From Oculina patagonica (Eukaryota), in NCBI RefSeq assembly GCF_052425735.1, contig NC_135770.1, positions 5,332,001 through 5,396,000 of the forward strand: a stretch of DNA of 64,000 nucleotides. The letters run 5' to 3'. Each line of letters opens with the position of its first letter. Within the stretch, counting starts at the first letter, position 1. The translations under genes and the position numbers were made by a program. Positions 37,101-46,300 of the stretch are shown piece by piece. The notes beneath the pieces are model-generated. The model was given only the letters and a program-made list of their open reading frames with translations, was not told the origin of the DNA and searched no databases.

Positions 37101-39378
37101 CCTGGGGTTGGTATCACCCACAACGCTCTGTGGAAAGCTCATATTCCGAGATATCTGCGAGACAAAGTTACCCTGGGACGTGCCCATCCCGATAGATTTG
37201 GATAAGAGGTGGCGGAAGTGGCTTTGTAACCTGCCAGAAACCTTGAGTGTAAAGCGAGCAGTTGCACCGTTTAGAGAGCCAATTCAGTTTATCCAACTCC
37301 ACGCCTTTGGAGATGCAAGCTCACAAGGAGTCTGTGCCGCAGTTTACGCAGTTGTTGGCCAAGAGTCAGGGACCACCCAGGGTCTCATCACCTCCAAGTC
37401 TCGCCTATCAAAACAGAACCTAACCATACCAAGATTGGAGCTTGTTGCAGGCCACATGGCGGCGAACCTGGCAGTTAACGTTCGAGATGCATTGCAGAAT
37501 TGTAATCCAGTTATCCACTGCTGGTTGGACAGCACTGTCGCCCTTTACTGGATAAACGGATGTGGAGAGTATCGCCAGTTCGTTGCAAATCGAGTGCAAA
37601 AGATTCAGCAACACCAAGGAATTGTCTGGCACCATGTCCCCACAGACCAAAACCCTGCTGACCTAGGAAGCAGAGGCGGAAGTGTGATCAGCGCACCACT
37701 TTGGATGAACGGGCCACCATGGTTACCCTATCCGGATCAGTGGCCCCCCAATATTGAAATCAAGGCCTCATCCGAGTCTCAAGCAGAAGCCAAGGTGACA
37801 AAGGAAATCCTTGCCATAGCCCTACCTGAGAGAGATGTGTTCAGCGAGCTGTTGGAAAAATATAGCCTGTTGAAAACTCTGCGCATTTGCGCATGGATCG
37901 CCAGATTCCTCGCCAACTGCAGAAACCCGAAGCCAAGAGGACTAAAGGGACCACTGACCACAGACGAAATAAGGCTCCAGGAAGCCTGGTGGATCAAAAG
38001 AGCTCAAGCCGAATCCACAAGCACAAAGCATTTCCAAGCGGACAAGCTTCAACTCAATTTGCAGTTAAACAACAGCGGGATACTGGAGTGTAGAGGAAGA
38101 ATCGTTGGGTTGTACCCTACCTACCTGCCAGATGACAACTTGTTCACCTTCAAGTTTGTACAGCAAGCGCATCTTACGACCATTCACGGGGGAGTTACAC
38201 TTACCATGACCAAGGTTAGAGAAACCCACTGGGTCCCTCGCCTGAGAAAATTGACGAAGAAGGTCCTCAAAGGTTGTTGGGGTTGCAAGAGATTTCAAGC
38301 CCAGGCTTACCAGTCTCCACCGCCAGGATGTCTACCACTCACCAGGACCCAAGGAGTGACACCCTACGAAACTATTGGAGTCGACTTTGCTGGCCCTATA
38401 AAGTATCGTGTTACACAGAAAACAGAGGGTAAGGCCTACCTAGTCCTTTACGCGTGCAGCCTAACAAGGGGAGTGTACCTGGATCTCCTTCCAAGTTTAG
38501 AAACCAACAAGTTTCTCACAAGTTTGAAGGGTTTCATAACCAGACGTGGCCGCCCTCGCGTTATCTACTCAGACAATGGGAAGACGTTTACAGCCGCCGC
38601 TGACTGGTTGAGCAAAGTTAGGAAAGATGAAAAATTCCATGACGGCCTTGTACATCTTGATATTGCCTGGAAATTTAACCTCAGCCGCGCCCCATGGTGG
38701 GGTGGTCAATTTGAGAGGCTCATAGGCGTGTTCAAGTCCGCCTTTCGTAAAGCAGTCGGGAACGGCACCTTATCCTGGAGCGAATTGTGTGACGTCGTGC
38801 TCGATGTAGAAATTGCCATAAATGGCCGACCTCTGAGTTACCTAGAGGAAGATGTTGAAATGCCAGTGCTCACTCCAAGCTCTATGCTGCACCTTCGGCC
38901 GACCCAGCTCCCTGAGCTAAGCGCACATCACATACAAGAATCGGATCTGAGAAAGAGAGCTAAGTACCTCCTCCGTTGCAAGGAAGCGATGTGGTCGAGG
39001 TGGTCAAAAGAATACGTGCGGAGTCTGAGAGAGCGGCACAGCAAGAGCGGAGGAGAACAGACTCCCCACCCTTCAGTTGGAGACGTTGTTATTATTCAAG
39101 ACGAGTCTCGAAATCGAAACTCATGGAAACTAGGAATTGTGGATAAGTTGATTGTAGGACGTGACGGAATAGTACGTGGGGCCAAGATGCGAGCTGGAAA
39201 AGGAGTAATGGAACGAGCCGTACAGCACCTTTACCCCCTGGAATTGTCTGTCGACCGCACATCCAAAGCAACCCTGGATCCAACAACACCAGCTTTCAAG
39301 CCAAAACGAGTTGCAGCTGAAACAGCGAATCTGAGAATCCAGGAGATTGCACAAGCGGAGCAATCCAGCGACATTTAA
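34165..39378 (+). CDS. BEL/Pao gag-pol polyprotein (1737 aa)
   Basis: DUF1759-like gag (LPKLQIARFNG..W..FW), three Cys/His knuckles, protease LLDTGAGSSY, RT YVDD, Pao RNase H (HAFGDAS...TIPRLEL), integrase HHCC plus DFAGP/SDNG/GGQFERL, and a C-terminal DUF5641-like region. Confidence 0.97.
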   Translation: MEALETKLEQLKLAVNRSGSIVESNNEAAIERHLSAIKALTMEADKLKRTVEEQKIAEKVELEELNQWNASVDAKIVAADESVRHLKTTLEEFHQKMELKKQEKDLEFEKKLFEAKLKYQAELQVAKEQAEAAQIKNKPTDEGSGQEQAAKLPKLQIARFNGTYEDWPRFWNQFVEIIDKATMPGVTKFAYLKSFLDSKVKKPIEGLPFSHEGYNRAKSILLDKYGKDSEIIKTYAQQIFDLPIIPNQNAYRIHEFSDKLTFAVQSLQTMGKLEQVNGYVAMTLDKLPAIRGDLVRTDPSWENWTFDKLTEALRLWTRRNPISKQDDRNQQDDRNRRDDRKRDKPPFRVFNTQQKNGARKPSCVYCDATEHRAFHCPSVVDVAKRRSILLQKRLCFNCTGPHKAEYCQSKMVCQKCRKKHHTSICDSDQQDPRSEGLLTAHQRDKTEVVYPVVLVKINGIKTRALLDTGAGSSYASARLINALHTKPAETQTKQIEMMLGSMTTKVEMYNVNVTSLSGDFSMSVTVSKVDKPELMTLENPKYEELTKRYTHLSDVYMDDKDGKPKLPIHLVLGASEYARIKTSTPPKIALSGQPVAEKTTLGWTIMSPGHEHEASNTFLTQTTSVDFEQLCRLDVLGLADASANDQDVVYSEFKEQLIRHPDGYYQTGLPWKGSHPQLPTNKSGSIKRLQQLVRKLDRTNAYDQYDAIIQEQKEEGIVEPAPAEPKGTEFYIPHRAVVRENAETTKLRIVYDASAKENPSQPSLNDCLHPGPPLQNLLWNVLIRARFYPVLLAGDLQKAFLQVRIKEEERDALRFHWKPRDQSAIETYRFTRALFGLTSSPFLLGGVIQQHLDAWEQREPELVAQIRKSLYVDDLISGASTVPQAQQQKEGSIKIFGDAKFVLHKWNSNAPELERDGDPGDSEDLSFAKQQLGPPTTLTKLLGLPWDKIADTLSVCFPQQPVEPTRRGILSQLAKIYDPLGLVSPTTLCGKLIFRDICETKLPWDVPIPIDLDKRWRKWLCNLPETLSVKRAVAPFREPIQFIQLHAFGDASSQGVCAAVYAVVGQESGTTQGLITSKSRLSKQNLTIPRLELVAGHMAANLAVNVRDALQNCNPVIHCWLDSTVALYWINGCGEYRQFVANRVQKIQQHQGIVWHHVPTDQNPADLGSRGGSVISAPLWMNGPPWLPYPDQWPPNIEIKASSESQAEAKVTKEILAIALPERDVFSELLEKYSLLKTLRICAWIARFLANCRNPKPRGLKGPLTTDEIRLQEAWWIKRAQAESTSTKHFQADKLQLNLQLNNSGILECRGRIVGLYPTYLPDDNLFTFKFVQQAHLTTIHGGVTLTMTKVRETHWVPRLRKLTKKVLKGCWGCKRFQAQAYQSPPPGCLPLTRTQGVTPYETIGVDFAGPIKYRVTQKTEGKAYLVLYACSLTRGVYLDLLPSLETNKFLTSLKGFITRRGRPRVIYSDNGKTFTAAADWLSKVRKDEKFHDGLVHLDIAWKFNLSRAPWWGGQFERLIGVFKSAFRKAVGNGTLSWSELCDVVLDVEIAINGRPLSYLEEDVEMPVLTPSSMLHLRPTQLPELSAHHIQESDLRKRAKYLLRCKEAMWSRWSKEYVRSLRERHSKSGGEQTPHPSVGDVVIIQDESRNRNSWKLGIVDKLIVGRDGIVRGAKMRAGKGVMERAVQHLYPLELSVDRTSKATLDPTTPAFKPKRVAAETANLRIQEIAQAEQSSDI

Positions 39379-39567
39379 AGAACAATAATCAAGGACATTT
39401 TAACTTTTTGCTTGTTTATTAATCGAGGACATTTTAACTATTTGCTTAATTATTGATCGAGGACATTTTACCTTCGCTTGTTTAAGTAATAGCGGACATG
39501 ATTAACGAAAGTCCAGTCTCGAAAGAGAACATATATTCCTTAGAAAGAAATATATGGGGGGAGTGTG

Positions 39568-39990
39568 TGTCGAAGACTAGGACTAGTGATTGCGTGACTT
39601 TACTTGAGTGGATGTTTTATTTAGGAATCCCACGTGGGGTATCAGATTATGTAATGTCAATGAGTGTTTTGTAGGACGAACCGATAAAGATATGTGCCAG
39701 AATGTGTCAAAGCCGGAAATTCATAATTAGCCCGTCTGCACGTAATGCTTGTATAAGAAGAAAACAGTTAGTGTTTCGAGTTTAGTTGATCTGTTGACCT
39801 GTTGAGTTGAGTTGAGTCTTTGACCAGTTACGCCTTTTTAACCTGAGAATTCCGTGATTGTGAAAGTGACCGCGACTTCAAGCCATTAAACGACGTAAAC
39901 CTGTGAGTATCATTTCTTGCACTGAATTGTTTGCCTTTTTGTGAGATTCGTGGGGAATCCCGCTACCCTGCCTTGCTAGCGTTTCCCACA
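39568..39990 (+). repeat. 3' LTR (423 bp)
   Basis: Direct repeat of 33679-34106. Confidence 0.95.
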
Positions 39991-41317
39991 ACGTGTTCCA
40001 CGTGCAACAATGACATCTTCATGTGTCTTCATGCAGTTTCTTGGTGGCTGAGCAAAATAGCACTCCTCTGTACCACTAAACGCCAACTTCATGGCATCTA
40101 AGGCTATATTTGAGCACTCTTTATTGTCTTTTATCAAGGGATTTGATAAAATAACGTTGAATAAAAAGTCACGTCTAATGTAGATAAGACGAATGTGACA
40201 AAACAAGTCGGATAAATTTCGTTTTCTTCTTTTATTTTGTGCAATCCACTTCACTACAATTTTGAAAACGTCCTCCTCTCCTTTTACGATGATTTCATCG
40301 CTTGAGATCCACTCCTCGACTTGCGTGCTGCTCAAATTCAAAAATTCTACAGTTTCAGCTACAGCAACAAAGTTTGCCAGAATGAAATCCTTCGCTTTTA
40401 TCTGCAGATCTTCACACCGATACCTTTCCGCCAGATAATAAGCCGTGATGCAGCTGGAAAAAGACAAGGCTTGTGCAATAACGTTGCCACACAAATCTTT
40501 CAAGGTTGGGAGAAGAAAGAAATCTGCTGCTGCCATCAAATCACAGGCATTAGCTTCACTGATGTCAACACGACCTGTGTAGAGATACTTCAACACTTCT
40601 TCCATCACATCTTTGGTTATCTGTTCCAATCGGATCACTCCTTCTTTCTTTTCTTTCATGTCGCTGTTAAAAACGTTGAAAAAGAACGGACTTGCTGCAC
40701 ATAACACGATTCTGTGTGCTTTCAAACGAGCTTGATCGTCACCGGAGCCAACTTCTAGAATCACATCACAGCAATGTTCGTTTCTTCGCTGAATATCCAG
40801 GCGTTTCATTATTTCCACACAAAATTGATGCTCCTCAGTCTTTGAAATTGCCTCAAGCAGAGAATCCATGAGTGGGCTGAGTTTTATACACCGTAAAAGT
40901 GGCTAAAAGGAGAAAAACAACTTGGAAGAGCTCGATTTTGATCAAATGTTCGAGGCGCGGTTGGCGCGAAATTTGATGCCGTCGGGGGCGTTTCCGCTGT
41001 ACATTAGCGGAGCCCGCAGTGAGGTAAAAGCGCGGGAAGTGAAGATGTGAAAATGGTGGCGTAGTTATCGATAGTTAGCTTCCCTTTTATCCTTTTACAA
41101 TTAGCAGTTATTGCAGTCAAGTAAGGTGCTGTTTACTTAAATGGGGCGTCAAACATAGATTGGGAAAAAATAATTGCAAGAGACTAAAAAATGGTCAAAA
41201 ATCTACATTGCACAATGGGCTCCTGACATACAGGTAGGTATTTGTGAAACAGCCTTTTCAGTTCTGTGCAGTTGGATCGTAGCTGACTACACTTCAAAAG
41301 TTGAACTAACAACATTA

Positions 41318-42187
41318 GGGAGTGGTCATTATTTATGGGGAGTGGGGGTTGGTGAATGGGAGAAGGGAACATCAGAAACTTTTTATGCCCCCCCCCTTTA
41401 GGCTCAAGTAAACTTTTTTGCCCCCCCCTTTAGGATCAAGTAAACTTTTTTAGCCCCCCCCCCCCCCCCCCGCAATCAACATAGGATCAAAAACCAAGTG
41501 ACCAACAAATGGTCACTTTGCCGCTGACTGAGCTACTTGAATACTTAAATTAAAAACCTGCTCAGCATCAATGGACATCATGTAAATGATTTTCTGTTTC
41601 ATCAAAGAAATAGAAATACTCTGTAAGATTTTTTTGGACACCTCATTCGACTAGCTAAACTGTTACTGATATTTTATTGATAATCTAGATCCATAGAGGG
41701 TAGCCAAACCCTTACTTAAACCTGACAACAACAAAAACAATAAAGATAAAATGATAATCTGTCCCAAGCGTGAGACAAAGAAAAAATCTGGGAATTGAAC
41801 CCATGGCCTCCCAGATACCAATTGTGAAATGGTGACTTAAAGAAGCGGGTGAGAGGTGACCCTCTAAATGGGGGTGTCATCAACCCATATCAGATTAACT
41901 AGATTAAGATTGATAGAAAACGTTGATAGGACATTGTAAATAAGCTAATAGTAGCTACATTTGACCAGTCATTTGTCGATGTGTTTATACCTTAGCCAGA
42001 GTTTTATTTACAGAGAAGTTTCCCTTTGCATTACTAGAAATGGAAATCAGGTGGTTGTCAACCAAACTTTTTTGACCCCCCCATCAGTGATGTGAAAACA
42101 TTTTTGCCCTCCATTTACAGGCGACCAAACTTTTTTGTCCCCCCTCTCATTCACCAACCCCCCTCCCCATAAATAATGACCACTCCC
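41318..42187. mobile_element. PIF/Harbinger-type non-autonomous element
   Basis: TIR GGGAGTGGTCATTATTTATGGGGAG with TTA duplication on both sides. Confidence 0.85.
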
Positions 42188-43382
42188 TTAAACTGAGAGA
42201 ACGGTACTTTTAATTTATTTTTCATCTACATTAATTTTATATACAATATCAATACTCTAATATAAAGCATAATTTGTTAATATTTCCTCTGGTATACACT
42301 CTTAACAGAACTTGAATAATGCAAACCTTATGAAAACACTTTCTTTAGATAAATTTATTTTGTTCAGAGCATAGAAAATACCTTAACTATCTCGTTGTCT
42401 CCTTTCATCTGTTTAATTACAATCAAATAATCAACCTCGTCCACAGGGCGCTTTTCCCTCGAGGTTGTCAAATAATGGGAACTTTGTAAAAGATGCCCTA
42501 ACCAATTATTAAATCTTTTGATAATATTTATTTTGATTATTCCAGTTTGGATGCACTTTCTTAAAGTACTGCTATCACAATAACTAAGAACTCAATTTAA
42601 TTTAAACAGTTTAAACTAACTCCTTGCTTCAAGCAAGGAGTGCATGCAAATTGTTCTAATTACAAACCCCAAGGGGGGGGAGGGGGAGGGAGTACTCCCT
42701 ACAATAAATTATACAGGGAGGCTCTACCCGAAAGGAGTGCCTATTTCAGTCTGGAAGTATATAAAAGGGTAGGGATTTCATGTGTTGGAGTAAAGAAACG
42801 AGCATGAAAAACTTTAGGTATCTGTTAGGGCTTTTCAAAATATCTTAAAACAGACCTGTCAATGGTTGATTCGTCTATGTATTAAGGGGTTAATAACGTT
42901 ATACAAAAGGGTATGGGTTTTTACCTTAAAGCAGAGCCTCACCATATCAAGTATTTTTGATAACCCCCCCCCCCTCCCCCCTTCTCCCATATAGTTGTGC
43001 ACAGTTAGACAAATACTAGCTACATTTTTAACTAGCTAGAACAATATTATTTGGCCTTGAATACCTGGAATCAGTGAAAATTTGCATTTTTAGAACAACA
43101 TTTCAGATTTCTTCACTCATTTGTTTTGCTACCTGACTGATCAAATAGCAATTTAAATTCTGACTTTGAACTATGACAGGAAACTAGAGAGCAACCTTCT
43201 GTGACTCTGAGAGCCTTAAATTTCTCCATGCTATTTACACTCCTGATTTCATTTCTTGGAAATGTTTCTTGAAAACTCCATAATATCCTGAAAGTTACAC
43301 TTTTCAACACCAGTCAATTCTGACAGGGGTGGGGAAGGTGGGGATGGGACAGGAGGGTATTGAAAACAACAGATCAAGCCCA

Positions 43383-46300
43383 TCATCCATTTAATGGATG
43401 CATCTTTGTACTCCCATTTGCAGAGCCAGTGCTCTTTGTTCTCCAAATCTTTCTGCTCCAGGCTGGATGACGACTAAGAGCTGGTTCAGGCTCTTGTTTA
43501 AGGTCCAGCTCTATTGTCAACTTGTCCTTTAGATCTGATGGCAACTATGGGTTAGAAAAACAAACAAAACAATGAGACACTTTTTAACGAGACAAACCAA
43601 CTCCCGAGTTAGGATTGATTTCAAGTTTATAGGATTTTGAGTTGGATTTTTCGAGTTAGATTTCCGAGTTAGGATTTTCGAGGGTGAGGATTTTTTGGCG
43701 AAGCAAAACCCATTACAATTATTGAAAGCTAACCGTAAACAGGCCAACCGGAGTGCATGGTAGGCTAACCGAAGTGAACAGTAGGCTAACAGGAGTGTGT
43801 AGTAGGCTAACAGGAGTGCATAGTAGGCTAACCGGGGTGTATAGTAGACTAACCGGATTTCATAGTACTGGGGCTAAACGGAGTGTACAGTAGAGTAAGT
43901 GGCGGAAATGAAGTTTTGCTTGTTTCGTTTCATTCTGACTCTAAAATCCTAACTTGAAACTCCAATTAGAAAATCCAACTTGAAATGATAACTCGAAAAT
44001 CCAACCTGAAAATCCAACTTGAAATCCTAACTCAAAATCCAACTCGAAATCCTAACTCTGTAAATAGGCAACCTCCTTTTTAACCATGTATATAAGTGAC
44101 ATGACACAGGGATGTCGCTAAGGGCCGGCTGCCAGCTTATTTCACCGGGCTGAGAGAAAACTTAAATCCAGCTGAAATTTCACATGAAAACAAAAACTTA
44201 GGTAAACTTTTAGAGCTGCTAAGGCCACAAAACCCAGCTGGTTTAGTGTTTTCTTAGCTACATCCCTGATGACAGACATGGCAATTAACTCAATGACAAT
44301 GCATTGTCTGAAATTTTAGAAAGCTATAGTCAGCTAGTTGCACAACTGAAAATTTCCACACATTAACCCTATTCAGACCAGGCTTTTTTGGACCCTCTCT
44401 GACCGCCCCCCCCCCCCCCCATGCAAATGCAACTTCCAGAATATTTTAGCAATCACAATGAAACTTATAGGATATATAGTATGTTTCACTAGAATGATTC
44501 ATCCGATCTAAGATTATATAGTATGTCCGAATATCTTTCTTTTGGTATACGTCACGTGGGATGATGATGTCATATCACATGACAATTAAATCATGATGCC
44601 AAAACAGCTGCCTCTTGGATTTTAAAATTTTTCAAAAATGCCAGAAAACCACTCAAAAATACTGCAAAGTACAGAAAATCAATAAAATTGTGCTTAAAAC
44701 CGTAACAAGGTAAAAATTAATTGCATTGAAGTTAATTTTCATTAAAAGAAACACGAAAATTACAAATTTGGGAAAACATGCTTATCAAAATGCCATTGCC
44801 ATGGTGATGTCAAGTTCCTGACACAACATCCTATCCTACCAAATTATTCTCAGATAAATTTTAGATAAACTCAGAATGTTTGGCAGGGTTTGGTTGAATC
44901 TTGACAAAGTTATAAGCGTTCAAAGTCAGCGCGGGCCTCAAAAGCCCCCCACCCCCCCTGATCTGAATAGGGTTAATAGGATAATGGGAAAAGATCAAAA
45001 TCACGGTTGACAACAAATTATTATTTCACAAAAAATTATTTTGGAAATTCACGGTTTACAGCTAATAACAAAATCATGTTTGATGAAAAAAAACTAGTCC
45101 CTTCGCATTTCAAGAAAAATAAAAATGGCCATTCACGATTCAAGAAAATACCCTTTACTGCCCTCTCTGTTAGGGAGAACTTGGCATTCTTTTCCTGAAT
45201 TGCTTAACCATGTGTGTCAATCCAAATTTTCTACTAATAATATTTTGCTCACCGTATCCATTTTCTGAGACACAAACTTTTTGTCCAAGGACTGGTTACA
45301 TTTCAAAAGTTGAACTACCAAGGAACAGTCCTTTTTATTCTTCATCTGCAATCAATAAATCAACATTCTTTTTCACAACTTAATTGCAGACGTACGACAG
45401 TCACATGTTAGAAAACCAAGTGTAATCAAAAATTATTTATTTTTGCAAATTTTTAATTCATAATTTAAAGGCTATTAGTTTTCCTATAACATTAAATATT
45501 TATAGGCTTACTAACGAACTCTGTTTAAACTGTTTTTAACACAGGCCGAGAGAGAGGTGCTCAAAGCGAAGGGATGGCCGTTTTGAAGCAATTATGAGCC
45601 AAAAAAAGAGGGTCTGAGGAGAAAGCATGTAAGTGAGTGGAGGAAGGCCTTCTCTTGCTCAGCAATTAAAAGGGGAATTTTTCCCCTAAAAGAGGACTCA
45701 TGTCCCCGGGGCTGGCCCCTGGCTGTCAATGTACAATGTTGTCCACTCACACATTCCCTCTCCAACTTGTTCATTTTCTCAACAAAATCCATCAGCTGCT
45801 CCGACATGGCCCCCACTGTTTCCTCGAAGCGAGCCTTTTCCAACTGTAGATCACCAGCCTGTTAAGATTAAAAGTTGAATCTTAGGGAACTTCATGAGGA
45901 TGGATCATATATAAATAAGGTCAACCACCACTGGCTAAAGGGGATCTAAATGTCTTGCCCTTGTCTGCTTGGAACTACAGGGTTAATAAAATATGTGGAG
46001 AAAGATTATGCATTTTAAAGTATCATTAAAAACAAAATAAAAGCATTATTAAAATATTCTTAAAAGTTTTTTTTTTGTACACATTTATTTGCACTTACAT
46101 TCTTGAACGGTTTATCAATAACAACTAAAACTGCATGAGATTAAACAAATTACCATCTGAAGGATTCTGTTTTCAAGCTCTTGATTTTTCTTTACAACAT
46201 CATCATAATCTGCTTTGAGTCTGCAATTAAAGCCAGTACAACAACATTATTAGATAGATAGATAACTTGATTTTACATGGATAGAAACACTTAATAGCTA

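Larger units (their letters stand above)
33679..39990 (+). mobile_element. Full-length BEL/Pao LTR retrotransposon
   Basis: TG...CA LTRs, ACGT duplication, PBS-like TGGCACCTCCGACGGGA just after the 5' LTR, purine-rich tract before the 3' LTR, and a single gag-pol ORF. Confidence 0.97.
32835..40869 (-). pseudogene. KLHL copy F, disrupted by an LTR retrotransposon (BTB-BACK half 39991-40869; Kelch half 32835-33678)
   Basis: Removing the element and one ACGT copy restores a 1719-nt ORF equal in length to copy E. It also carries a GG-to-GE change in a Kelch doublet. Confidence 0.93.

Noticed and set aside
34165-39378. RT acting as a diversity-generating retroelement for the Kelch array
   Set aside because: It is an ordinary BEL/Pao element inserted after the copies diverged. 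There is no template/variable repeat pair or evident adenine-specific mutation pattern.
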